A program made the translations under genes and the position numbers. Below, piece after piece: positions 1 through 11,871 of a stretch of 64,000 nt of DNA. The DNA is from Macrostomum lignano (Eukaryota): contig NIVC01002864.1 of the NCBI GenBank assembly GCA_002269645.1, positions 62,001 through 126,000 on the forward strand. The letters are read 5' to 3'. Positions within the stretch are counted from its first letter, which is position 1; the number at the start of each line of letters is the position of its first letter. Below the pieces are notes generated by a model that ran no database searches, had not been told where the DNA came from, and saw only the letters and a program-made list of their open reading frames with translations.

Positions 1-287
1 TTAGATCTGTGTCTATTGGCATTAGATATCTGTGTCCATTGGAATTAGATAACTCTGGACATTGGTATTAGATCCGTGGACATTGGCATTAGATCTGTGA
101 ACATTGGCATTAGATCTGTGTCTATTGGCATTAGATATCTGTGAACATTGGCATTAGATCTGTGTCTATTGGCATTAGATATCTGTGTCCATTGGAATTA
201 GATAACTCTGGACATTGGTATTAGATCCGTGGACATTGGCATTAGATCTGTGAACATTGGCATTAGATCTGTGTCTATTGGCATTAG
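1..287. repeat. 21-23 bp minisatellite (ATTGGCATTAGATCTGTGTCT-like) with ~152-bp higher-order block
   Basis: Units recur continuously; the variant series at 1-109 reappears from 153. The array runs off the window start. Confidence 0.9.
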
Positions 288-839
288 GTATGTCGTCACG
301 CCTCTTACGATCAAGCTGAAAGCTACGATAAGTACATATAGCAAAATGTACTTTTAACGTCTGCTTTGTGTTTAATTATACCTTCGCCCGCAGTTGAATA
401 TTTACACACGCAGCACAACTCAACTCTATCACTTTTTGCTATTTTTGTTGTTGTAAAAATGCAGTTATATAATAAATTCCTATGGAAGAAAGTATTGGCT
501 GAATTTTTTGTTAATATATATTTCTTATTAAACCCTTTGTTCCTACTGATAAGTAGGCTGAATCTGATTATTAATTTCTCTTTCTCTACAGTTTTGTATT
601 TTTTGCTTTTTGTTCTTTCTATTTCTACACTAAAATTATTGCGCAAAGTACGAATTCTATATTATTGTACTTGTACATATTGTTAGCGAATATTAATGAC
701 CTTATTAGTTATTAAACATAATGTGCTGCGCGTGAAAACAGTTCCTGAATATACCTAAAAATGCAGAATTTTTCTTCAGTTTGTTTTTCTTCGTGTTGTT
801 AATCTGGTTGATTTCAATATTTTTTCAATTTTAAGGCTT

Positions 840-2200
840 TCTGAGAGTCCAGCAGCAGTCACTGGAGTATCTGAGAGGTCACTCATGGGTTTAGCATTTA
901 CCACTGGAGTATCTGAGAGGTCACTCTGGGGTCTAGCATTTACCACTGGAGTATCTGAGAGGTCACTCTGGGGTCTAGCATTTACCACTGGAGTATCTGA
1001 GAGGTCACTCTGGGGTCTAGCATTTACCACTGGAGTATCTGAGAGGTCACTCTGGGGTCTAGCAGCAGCAACTGGAGTATCTGAGAGGTCACTCAGGGGT
1101 CTAGCATTTACCACTGGAGTATCTGAGAGGTGACTCTGGGGTCTAGCATTTACCACTGGAGTATCTGAGAGGTCACTCAGGGGTCTAGCAGCAGTCACTG
1201 GAGTATCTGAGAGGTCACTCTGGGGTCCAGCAGCAGTCACTGGAGTATCTGAAAGGTCACTCAGGGGTCTAGCAGCAGTCACTGGAGTATCTGAAAGGTC
1301 ACTCAGGGGTCTAGCAGCAGTCACTGGAGTATCTGAAAGGTCACTCAGGGGTCTAGCAGCAGTCACTGGAGTATCTGAGAGGTCACTGAGGGGTCTAGCA
1401 GCAGTCACTAGAGTATCTGAGAGGTCACTCGGGTGAAGTAGCAGCCACTGGAGTATCTGAAAGGTCACTCCGGGGTCTATCATTTCTCACTAGAGTATCT
1501 GAGAGGTCACTCAGGGGTCTAGCAGCAGTCATTGGAGTATCTGAGAGGTCACTCAGAAGTTTGGCATTTACCACTGGAGTATCTGAGAGGTCACTCAGGG
1601 GTCCAGCAGCAGTCACTGGAGTATCTGAAAGGTCACTCAGGGGTCCAGCAGCAGTCACTGGAGTATCTGAGAGGTCACTCAGGGGTCCAGCAGCAGTCAC
1701 TGGAGTATCTGAAAGGTCACTCAGGGGTCCAGCAGCAGTCACTGGAGTATCTGAGAGGTCACTCAGGGGTCCAGCAGCAGTCACTGGAGTATCTGAGAGG
1801 TCACTCAGGGGTCTAGCAGCAGTCACTGGAGTATCTGAGAGGTCACTCAGGGGTCTAGCAGCAGTCACTGGAGTATCTGAGAGGTCACTCAGGGGTCCAG
1901 CAGCAGTCACTGGAGTATCTGAGAGGTCACTCAGGGGTCTAGCAGCAGTCACTGGAGTATCTGAGAGGTCACTCAGGGGTCCAGCAGCAGTCACTGGAGT
2001 ATCTGAGAGGTCACTCAGGGGTCCAGCAGCAGTCACTGGAGTATCTGAGAGGTCACTCAGGGGTCTAGCAGCAGTCACTGGAGTATCTGAGAGGTCACTC
2101 AGGGGTCCAGCAGCAGTCACTGGAGTATCTGAGAGGTCACTCAGGGGTCTGGCAGCAGTCACTTGAGTATCTGAGAGGTCAATCAGGGGTCCGGGAGTAT
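840..2200. repeat. 42-bp minisatellite (GGAGTATCTGAGAGGTCACTCAGGGGTCTAGCAGCAGTCACT)
   Basis: About 32 tandem units with two main variants (GCAGCAGTC / GCATTTACC); ends about 60 bp upstream of the QRSL1 ATG. Confidence 0.95.
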
Positions 2201-2260
2201 CTGAAGATTTCCAAAATCCAAAAATCTAAATCCAGCTGCGAGTCCCAGCTACAAAGTCGC

Positions 2261-4641
2261 ATGGCAACTCCAGTAGGACTGAGCCACGGCGGTGGCAGAT
2301 CCATAATTAATCGTATTGCGCAGGCGATCAGTTCTGGCGCAATCACGCCTGATCTGTTGCGCTCCTCGGCTGTAGCGGCGTGTCGCAGCAGTGTCGGTTC
2401 CAGTCTCAATGCTTTTGTGAGCTTGGCTGAGCCTCAGCATCAGCCTCCTGTTGCTAACCGAGGCCATGGCTCCCCTCTATTTGGCTTGCCAATTGCTGTG
2501 AAAGACAATTTTTGCACTGCGGGATGCGACACACCTGGTCTGGCTGGCTCAGCCACCTGCGGCTCGCCAACGTTAGCGGAGAATTTTCTGCCCAGTTACA
2601 CTGCCACCTCAGTTCGTAGGCTGCTGGATGAAGGAGCTTGGCTTCTGGGCAAGACTAACTTGGATCCGTTCGGGATGGGGTCTGGCTGCTCTGATGGTCT
2701 GCACGGGCCTGTGAGGAATCCGTGGAGATCGGTGAGGGACTCACTCAGTGAAACAAAATTTATCACTCTGTGAAGCGTCATCAGTCACTCAGTGAATAAT
2801 CACCAGTCACTCAGTGAATCATCACCAGTCACTCAGTGAATCATCATCAGTCACTCAGTGAATCATCACCAGTCACTAAGTGAATCATCATCAGTCACTC
2901 AGTGAATCATCACCAATCACTCAGTGAAACATCACCAGTCACTCAGTGAATCATCACCAGTCACTCAGTGAATCATCACCAGTCACTCAGTGAATCATCA
3001 TCACCCACCCGCAGTCACTATGCAGCTCATCCGACGCTCCCGACTCGGCCACCAATTTCTACATCGCTGGCGGGAGCAGCGGTGGCAGCGCGGCAGCCGT
3101 GGCTTCCGGTTTAGCCGTCGGCGCCCTCGCCTCGGACACGGGCGGCTCCTCGCGAATCCCGGCGGCCTTCTGCGGCATTGTTGGACTGAAGCCGACCTAC
3201 GGCCGGGTGTCCCGTCACGGTCTGGTGCCGCTGGTGAACGCGCTGGATTGCGTGTCTATCATGGCCAACACGGTGGCTGATGCCTGCCTGCTGCTCAATG
3301 CTATGCAGGGACCGGACGAGAATGACTCCACCTGCTGTCCGGTGCGTCCGGAACCTGTCGGATGGAGCGACAAGCTGGCTGCTGGACTGAAGATTGGCGT
3401 GCCCGCGGTATGATTGCCGGGTTTAGGGATTCGATGGATTTAGGCTAGTGAATTTAGATCCCAAATAGTTGATGGGGTGATATTCAGTTAGTTGATAGTC
3501 AGATTCAGGTAATTGATTGGTTGAGATTCAGGTAGTTGATGGGGTGAGATTTAAGTAATTGATGGGTTGAGATTCAGGTAATTGATGGGTTGAGATTCAG
3601 GTAATTGATGGGGTGAGATTCAGGTAATTGATGGGGTGAGATTCAGGTAATTGATGGGGTGAGATTCAGATAATTGATAGGGTGAGATTCAGGTAATTGA
3701 TGGGGTGAGATTCAGGTAATTGATGGGGTGAGATTCAGATAATTGATAGGGTGAGTTTCAGGTAATTGATAGGGTGAGATTCAGGTAATTGATGGGGTGA
3801 GATTCAGGTAATTGATGGGGTGAGATTCAGGTAATTGATGGGGTGAGATTCAGATAATTGATAGGGTGAGATTCAGGTAATTGATGAGGTGAGATTCAGG
3901 ATCAGCTGATCAGCAAGCAGCCGAATCCCACAGGAGTTCAGCACTCCCGGCATGTCAGCCTCAGTCCTGGATGCGTGGAGCAGCGCTGTCACCCATCTAG
4001 AGTCAGACTTGGGCCTGACCTGCCTACCAGTGTCTCTGCCGCACACTCCGCTCTCCATCAAAGCCTACTCGGTGCTGTGCTGCGCAGAGGTGGCCTCCAA
4101 CATGGCCAGGTACGATGGCATCGAGTTCGGGCTTCGAGTTCGCGACTCGGAGAATTCCGTTGAGTCTTTGTACACCGCCAACAGACTGGCGGGCTTCAAC
4201 TCGGTGATCCGGAGTCGGGTCCTTGCTGGCAACTATTTCCTATTGAGAAGAAATTATAAGGCCTACTATGAGCAGGCTCGCAAAGTTTGGTGCCTCATCA
4301 AAGAGGATTTCGATCGAGTGTTCCAGTCGGTGGACTTGCTGGTCTGCCCAGCTGCTGTCACTGCGGCCCCGACCTATAGAGACTTTGTCCAGGCAGACAA
4401 CCGCTACAGGACATCTACCATGGACCTGTGCACCCAGAGTGTCAACTTGGCTGGTTTGCCCTCCATTGTGCTGCCAACCGGGCTGGAGGAGGGCACGGGC
4501 CTGCCGCTGGCTGTCCAAGTGATTGGTCCGGCCATGGCTGAGGCTCGGGTGGCAGCTCTGGCTGCTAGCCTAGAGTCCTGGGCTCGATTTCCGCTGCTAG
4601 CCGAGAGTAGCGAATGCTCTCTGTTGAGACTGTTGGACTGA
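2261..4641 (+). CDS. QRSL1: Glutamyl-tRNA(Gln) amidotransferase subunit A, mitochondrial (GatA), ~523 aa; exons 2261-2731, 3015-3407, 3934-4641
   Basis: Amidase signature with IAVKDN (catalytic Lys), [22 protein letters not shown] and [13 protein letters not shown], plus [23 protein letters not shown] and [13 protein letters not shown]. Both introns are GT-AG phase 0 (G|GTGAGG..CGCAG; GCG|GTATGA..CACAG) and join in frame. Confidence 0.95.
2739..3003. repeat. 22-bp minisatellite (TCACTCAGTGAATCATCACCAG) filling QRSL1 intron 1
   Basis: About 12 tandem units starting ~7 nt after the donor and ending ~10 nt before the acceptor. Confidence 0.9.
3470..3900. repeat. 23-bp minisatellite (GGGGTGAGATTCAGGTAATTGAT) in QRSL1 intron 2
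   Basis: Tandem units visible directly in the sequence. Confidence 0.9.
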
Positions 4642-4659
4642 GTTTGGGCTTTCTGATTT

Positions 4660-5475
4660 GTTTGTGAATCATCTAGTGTAGTTTGTGAATCATCTAATGT
4701 AGTTTGCGAATCATCTAATGTAGTTTGTGAATCATCTAATGTAGTTTGTGAATCATCTAATGTAGTTTGTGAATCATCTAGTGTAGTTTGTGAATCATCT
4801 AATGTAGTTTGTGAATCATGTAGTTTGTGAATCATCTAGACTAGACTGAATCATTCAGTTTGTGAATCACCCAGATTGTGAATCTAGATTGTGAATCATC
4901 TAGATTGTGAATCATTCAGTTTATGAGTCATCCAGATTGTGAATCATCTAGATTGTGAATCATTCAGTTTGTGAGTCATCTAGATTGTGAATCATTCAGT
5001 TTTTGAATCATCTAGATTGTGAATCATCTAGATTGTGAATCATTCAGTTTGTGAGTCATCTAGATTGTGAATCATTCAGTTTTTTAATAATCTAGATTGT
5101 GAGTCATCTAGATTGTGAATCATCTAGACTGTGAATCATCTAGACTGTGAATCATCTAGATTATGAATCATTCAGTTTGTGAATCATCTAGATTGTGAAT
5201 CATCTAGATTGTGAATCATCTAGATTGTGAATCATCTAGACTGTGAATCATCTAGACTGTGAATCATCTAGATTATGAATCATTCAGTTTGTGAATCATC
5301 TAGATTGTGAATCATCTAGATTGTGAATCATCTAGATTGTGAATCATCTAGATTGTGAATCATCTAGATTGTGAATCATTCAGTTTGTGAGTCATCTAGA
5401 TTGTGAATCATCTAGATTGTGAATCATCTAGATTGTGAATCATCTAATTTGTGAATAATGTATGTTTGTGAATCA
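4660..5475. repeat. 16/21-bp minisatellite (GTGAATCATCTAGATT) downstream of the QRSL1 stop
   Basis: Tandem units with a palindromic ATCTAGAT core. Confidence 0.9.
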
Positions 5476-6211
5476 CTTATAAAGCAACTTTCCTATTCAA
5501 GATATGAAAGTTTAAAATGTGAAATTCGTAATTGCATAGTTTTTGTCGATACATATCGTTAGTTAAATTAGTCCTATAGTTGCAAAAGTAATTGAGTATG
5601 TATGCGAAACGATGTTGTTATGCAATTATTATTCGTTATGTAGTTTAAGCTGCATTTCAAAGTTTTAATTTATTGTACCAACAAAATGATCGTGATCAAG
5701 TGCCCTAAAAATTAATAAAAAGTCACACATATTTTTTGTTTTACTCATTTTTATTATGTTAAACGGTGACAACATAAATTAGGAATAAATTACACTTTTT
5801 CTACATTCATTTATACTACATGTATTTTAGATTAAATACACAGAGACTAACATTGCAACAAAATTCAACACTACACTGTACGAACACATTACAATTGGGA
5901 TATTTCACAAAACCCTAGGTTTGCTGTGTTCTTATCTGTTTATCCCATATTCCAAATCCCATTCTCTCACCTGCTTTATCCCATATTTCAAATCCCATTC
6001 TTAATTCCCAGGTTTTCATCGGAATCCCAAACGCCATCCACTCCTCTAATTCCTTAGACTTGTTTACTTATGAAATCTCGTGTTGCCTTTTAGTGATTAA
6101 AAATCTCCCTCTTTGATGAAACCATTATCTTTATTGAACTGCTTGTAATTATCTTCATGTCTATCTTGAGCTCCCCAATTAATTAGTCTTTGCTCAGTAG
6201 AATTATCCGCT

Positions 6212-9037
6212 TCAAGCCAGGTATAAGGCCCTGTCAAGGCCCTCTTTGATGAAGGGCAGGATGCTGCTGAGGAAACTTATCCACACGTGGCGGTGCTCAG
6301 CGAATACCTGCCCACGCAGTCGCTCTTCCAGAACCGACATCAGCACCTTGTTGAGCGACTGCGGCAAATAAAATTGGAAAAGAAACGTTTGATATAAATT
6401 GTTACTTTGCTTGAAGTAGCTCTCGCTGAGGATTAGGAACTAAAATGAAGGAAAATTTATTAATCTCTTTTTTATCCATTTTTCAATTAATTTTCTTTGC
6501 GATGCCATCGACTTGCTTGATTGCGCTGGCTGCTCAGTCACTTCTCTTGTTGTAGGACTGTAGCTATGGTCTCTACTCTCTGCTTTTCTCATCCCTATCA
6601 ATCTCCCTCTATCCCCTCTTATCTACTTTCTCACCTCCATCCCCTCTTATCTACTTTCTCACCTCTAACCCCTCTTATCTACTCACTCACCTCTATCCCC
6701 TCTTATCTACTTTCTCACCTCTAACCACTCTTATCTACTCACTCACCTCTATCCCCTCTTATCTACTTTCTCACCTCTAACCCCTCTTATCTACTCCCTC
6801 ACCCCTATCCCCTCTTATCTACTTTCTCACCCATATCCCCTCTTATCTACTTTCTCACCCCTATCCCCTCTTATCTACTTTCTCACCCATATCCCCTCTT
6901 ATCTACTTTCTTACCTCTATCCCCTCTTATCTACTCCCTCACCCATATCCCCTCTTATCTACTCTCTCACCTCTATCCCCTCTTATCTACTCTCTCACCT
7001 CTATCCCCTCTTATCTACTCTCTCACCTCTACCCCTCTCCCTCTCACGGGGCGCCACCACAAACCCTAAAAATCACAACCTCGAAACGCACCTCCCATCA
7101 TAAACCTTAAGTATCACATTCTGAAAACTCTGATAACCCCCCCCCCCACGTTTTGGACTTTCGAGAATGTGATTTTTTTGGGGGTTGTGATGCCCCCTCT
7201 CACCCCTACCCCCTCCCTCTTACCCCTACCCCCTCCCTCTCACCCCTATCCCCTCCCTCTCACTCCTATCCCCCTCCCTCTAACCCCTATCCCCTCCCTC
7301 TAACCCCTATCCCCCTCCCTCTAACCCCAACCCCTCCCTCTCACCCCTACCCCCTCCCTCTCACCCACCTCAAAGTGGCTCATCTGCACTCCCCGCCGCA
7401 TGTGCGACTCTCCAATCAGCCGCAACGACTCCGCCGACGTCTCGCTGTCCCGCTGCAGGTCGCTGATGGCGGCGTCAAGCGTGTTCACCACCCGAAGTCC
7501 GTGAGCTTTTAGATTAGGCGATGTAGTCAGCTGATTTAGCGGTTTGCCGCGAAACTGGCTGAACATTGACTGCACCTCCGGGTACATCTCGAACAGTCTG
7601 CGGCGGTTTTTGAGAGTGCATACCGTTTACTAATAGTAGCCTTGTAGAAATTGGGAATTCCAGGTTTTTTATTTTTTTATTTGGCTGGTAGTGCACTTTT
7701 TGTGTCAGGGGTGTCCCCGGATTACTGAGACATCGCTTGGGTGTCAGAGGTGTCTCCTCAGGTAGCTATAGGCAAGGAGGTATAAAGATTATTTTTAAGC
7801 ATCGCTAATAGTCGAGTCAATGTGCATAGCAACAGTGCTTCTGACTTGTAGCAACCTCTTAATGAGAATCTACACTATATGCAATGCTCATTGTCCAGCT
7901 CAGTCCTGCAGAGACTGAAACCTCATCATTATCAGCAGTATATATTTTTACGTTTGCGTAGACAGGCCATAGGATTCCTTTAGGTGACAGAGATTGTAGA
8001 CAGTAATGTAATTAAATTACACAGTTTGTAAGGTAGATGAGGTAGATGGTTAATGGTCATTTGGGAAGGTCGACACACTCATTGTACCTTATTATTCTGG
8101 CTGATAACCTTTGTCATTTAGTTGGCATAGATCATAGGGGGTAGGGGTGAGAGGGGGTAGAGGTGAGTAGGGATAACGATGATAGGGAAGAATCAGTAAT
8201 CAAAGAAGCTACATGTACACCATGGACGGTTGTCCTCTTGCTGTCCCACTCGCTGTCAGACTTCAATGAGTACTGAGTTTAAGAAGTCTAAAGGGTGGCC
8301 TGCATGTCTAGTGTTTGGATATCTGCTACTTTTGCCCATAGACTAAACGGCGAGCTGTCCAAATTTGAAGCGTATAATCTTGTATGAGCGTTTATAAGCG
8401 TGAATGATCTTTTATGATTCTGCCTAAGCGTTCATGAGCGTGTATGAGCGTTTATGGTTGTGTATGATCGTGCATGATTGTTTATGAGCTTTTTTGATCG
8501 TGTAAGAGGGTTTATGAGCGTTTGTGAGCATTTATGATCGTGTATGAGCGTTCATGATAATTTATGAGCGTTTATGAGCGTCTATGTTAATGTACGAGCA
8601 TCTGATCGTGTGTGAGCATCTATGAGCGTTTATGATCATGTATGTTCATGTATGATGCGGTTATGATCATGTATGTTCATGTATGAGCGGTTATGATCAT
8701 GTATGTTCATGTATGATCAAGTATGATCATGTATGTTCATGTATGATCAAGTATGATCATGTATGTTCATGTATGATCAAGTATGATCATGTATGTTCAT
8801 GTATGATCAAGTATGATCATGTATGTTCATGTATGATCAAGTATGATCATGTATGTTCATGTATGATCAAGTATGATCATGTATGTTCATGTATGATCAA
8901 GTATGATCATGTATGAGCATCTTCTTCCCTTACCTGATGAAGATGGCGGTTCCCAGGGCTCGCCTGTCCGCAGAAGCGGCTTCCCAGTCCTCGGTTATTA
9001 ACCTTTTGTCCTCAGGTGACATCCCCAGTCCAGCCAT
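6212..9037 (-). CDS. Single-domain globin, 159 aa; exons 9037-8934, 7597-7369, 6358-6212
   Basis: Spliced product MAGLGMSPEDKRLITEDW..GTAIFIR/LFEMYPEVQSMF(CD1)..LKAHGLRV(His E7)..IGESH(His F8)MRRGVQMSHFE/SLNKVL..HVWISF..LYLA*. Kozak ACCGCCATGG; GT-AG introns at B12.2 and G7.0. Confidence 0.93.
6585..7047. repeat. 28-bp pyrimidine-rich minisatellite in globin intron 2
   Basis: TCACCTCTATCCCCTCTTATCTACTTTC-type units. Confidence 0.88.
7048..7196. mobile_element. ~150-bp MITE-like element with ~38-bp imperfect terminal inverted repeats
   Basis: The left end GGGGCGCCACCACAAACCCTAAAAATCACAACCTCGAAA is the approximate reverse complement of the right end TTTCGAGAATGTGATTTTTTTGGGGGTTGTGATGCCCC. It is flanked by CTCTCAC on both sides (possible TSD, though this is also the local repeat unit). 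Confidence 0.55.
7197..7366. repeat. 20-bp C-rich minisatellite abutting the globin exon 2 donor
   Basis: CACCCCTACCCCCTCCCTCT units; the donor GTGGGTGAG itself forms the first unit on the minus strand. Confidence 0.85.
8375..8915. repeat. 10/30-bp minisatellite (GTATGATCAT GTATGTTCAT GTATGATCAA) in globin intron 1
   Basis: Degenerate ATGAGCGTTT units grade into a homogeneous 30-bp trimer next to the exon 1 donor. Confidence 0.88.
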
Positions 9038-9514
9038 GGCGGTGCAGCTGCTGAAGGAAGACCTTTGCTTTTTCTCAAAAATATTCAACCTGCTTTCTCG
9101 TTTCTTCTTTCTCGAACTCGAATCCCTCAGCGATACATGCAAAGCTTGCTTTTTCCTGTGTTTCTATCGGCCAGGGGGGGCTAATAACCGTCAAAGACGC
9201 AAACCTCTCTGCCGGATCAACTCTGATTGGAACACGCGAAGCGAAAATCTCTCTTGCACATAAACTGTCTCCGTGACTCTTCTCGGCTTTCCTTGAGCAG
9301 CCACTCATCCTAATGCTATTCGAATGCAGGAAAATCGGGGAAGAGTGCCAGACTCTGGCTCCGAAGCACTGTCGCAATTTCCTGAGCCCTCAAAACTCTC
9401 TTTGGAAATTTGAGGCCCCCGATACACTCGGTTGTCTTAGAAACGGGACTTAGGTCGGATAAGGGGCGTATGTTTGTTGTATTGTTAGTGCATTTAGTAT
9501 GCTCTTGAGCAATC

Positions 9515-10560
9515 GGGTAGGGTGAGAGGGAGGGGATAGGGGTGAGAAGGAGAGGATAGGGGTGAGAAGGAGAGGATAGGGGTTAGAGGGAGAGGATAGG
9601 GGTGAGAAGGAGAGGATAGGGGTGAGAAGGAGAGGATAGGGGTGAGAGGGAGAGGATAGGGGTGAGAGGGAAAGGATAGGGGTGCGAGGGAGGAGATAGG
9701 GGTGAGAGGGAGGGAGAAAGGGGTGAGAGGGAGGGGATAGGGGTGAGAGGGAGGGGATAGGGGTGAGAGGGAGGGGATAGGGGTGAGAGGGAGAGGATAG
9801 GGGTGCGAGGGAGGGGATAGGGGTGAGAGGGAGAGGATAGGGGTGAGAAGGAGAGGATAGGGGTGAGAAGGAGAGGATAGGGGTGAGAGGGAGAGGATAG
9901 GGGTGAGAGGGAGGGGATAGGGGTGAGAGGGAGGGGATAGGGGTGAGAGGGAGGGGATAGGGGTGAGAGGGAGAGGATAGGGGTGCGAGGGAGGGGATAG
10001 GGGTGAGAGTGAGAGGGATAGGGGTGAGAGGGAGAGGATAGGGGTGCGAGGGAGGGGATAGGGGTGAGAGTGAGAGGGATAGGGGTGAGAAGGAGGGAGA
10101 AAGGGGTGAGAGGGAGGGAATAGGGGTGAGAAGGAGGGAGAAAGGGGTGAGAGGGAGGTGGATAGGGGTGAGAGGGAGGAGGATAGGGGTGAGAGGGAGG
10201 GGATAGAGGTGAGAAGGAGGGAGAAAGGCGTGAGAGGCAGAGGGATAAGGGTGAGAGGGAGAGGGGTGAGAGTGAGGGGGAGAGGGGTGAGAGGGAGAGG
10301 GAGAGGGGTGAGAGGGAGAGGGATAGGGGTGAGAGGGAGAGGGATAAGGGTGAGAGGGAGAGGGATAAGGGTGAGAGGGAGGGGATAGGGGTGAGAGGGA
10401 GATGATAGGGGTGAGAGGGAGGGATAGGGGTGAGAGGGAGAGGATAGGGGTGAGAGGGAGAGGGATAGGGGTGAGAAGGGGGAGAAAGGGGTAAGAGGGA
10501 GGGGATAGGGGTGAGAAGGGGGGAGAAAGGGGTGAGATGGAGGTGGATAGGGGTTAGGGG
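9515..10560. repeat. 20-bp purine-rich minisatellite (GGGGTGAGAGGGAGAGGATA)
   Basis: About 50 units; reverse-complement related to the globin intron 2 arrays. Confidence 0.92.
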
Positions 10561-10980
10561 GAGCGAATTCATGCATTTTGATAGACATACAGCCATGTTT
10601 CTATCCAGCATCAGACGTCTCTTTTACAAGAAAGAAAAATGAAAATTTATTCGCCTAACAACAAGAACAAGAAGGGGCAGTCGGACAGTCAGTCCTGCTA
10701 GAGACCCACTGTCATTATCTCTCTGGCTCTCTCCTCTCAACGGTCTCACCCTGCACCTCTTATTGCACTCTGCACAGGCTTATTGTATAGTTGCTTATCA
10801 ATTATGTACACCCGTGAAGAGCGCATCCAGAATACACTGTAGGTTGCTATAAAATTGTACTCTGATCTCATATATGAGCTAGTTGTCTCTATCCAAGCGA
10901 AGCTATAAGAGTCCTAGAAACCTTTTTTTGAAAAAAAGCAGTCCTTCGCACACAAAGCTTCACAAAGCCATATAGTTACC

Positions 10981-11553
10981 ATGGCAACGGTTGCTAACCT
11001 GCTGAGCTTCGCCGAGCACCGCAGAGGAGAATCGCTCCGACTTGAACGCGAGCAGACCATCGAGTCGTTCAGTGGAAGATACTCAGCCAGCACAGCGCCG
11101 GCGCCGCACCAGGAACAGCCTGAGGAAGAGCTGCAGAGCCCCCTGACTGTCCCAGTCGGCAGCTACGGTCCCGTGGTGCTGCAACGCCGCAGCGACCCGC
11201 CAGCTCTCGGCGCCACCTGCCTGAGACCGCTGACCAACCGGCCAAGCGATCACATGGCCCTGGCCGCCTGCGAGGTGCTGGACAGGCGGCTCTGCAGCCA
11301 CTGCCGCGCTCTAGAAGATCGGGCAGCTTCCAATCTTGGCGTCGGAGGTGCCAGCGCTGCTGGTGGTCGCGGGTTCGAACTCCGGCAAACCATTCTGCAG
11401 CATCGATTGCGCAGTCTGATGCCAACGGCTGGCAAGGAGGAGCTGACAGCGGCTGCGGCAGCTTCGGCGGCGGCTGCCGATGCTGTTGGACGATCGCTGA
11501 CGGGACTCGAGCTGCTTGATGGTGCGGAGACTCAGGCACTGACTGAGAACTAG
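10981..11553 (+). CDS. Uncharacterised single-exon protein, 190 aa
   Basis: GC-rich non-repetitive ORF with good Kozak context (TACCATGG) and AT-rich flanks; CxxC motif (LCSHC) and an Ala run; no family recognised. Confidence 0.55.
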   Translation: MATVANLLSFAEHRRGESLRLEREQTIESFSGRYSASTAPAPHQEQPEEELQSPLTVPVGSYGPVVLQRRSDPPALGATCLRPLTNRPSDHMALAACEVLDRRLCSHCRALEDRAASNLGVGGASAAGGRGFELRQTILQHRLRSLMPTAGKEELTAAAAASAAAADAVGRSLTGLELLDGAETQALTEN

Positions 11554-11871
11554 ATGAACCTCTGAGCATTGATTTTTCTCTCTATTACAATCTCCATAAC
11601 ATTTCTTTGTAGGAATCTTTGTAAATAAATACAGAGCTGTACAAGAGCTGCTATGTGTTCTTTTGTATCCATTCGCTGTAATTTTTTATGTACAATTGAG
11701 CTTCGTTTCACTGCGCAAGTCAACATTTCCTTTACATTTTCATGGATGCTTGACATGCTTTTGAAATTTATATGTATATGTATGTGTTGCAATGAAAACA
11801 GTGATAGCACTTACTGTAACAGCGACGTACTGTAACAATTTTCGGAGACCGCAACCCTTAAGGGCACCAAT

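Noticed and set aside
776-2166. Long ORFs encoding 14-aa repeats (PLSDLSDTPVTAAR etc.)
   Set aside because: They are translations of a 42-bp minisatellite open in several frames on both strands, with a frameshift near 1430-1480 and no convincing start or splice context.
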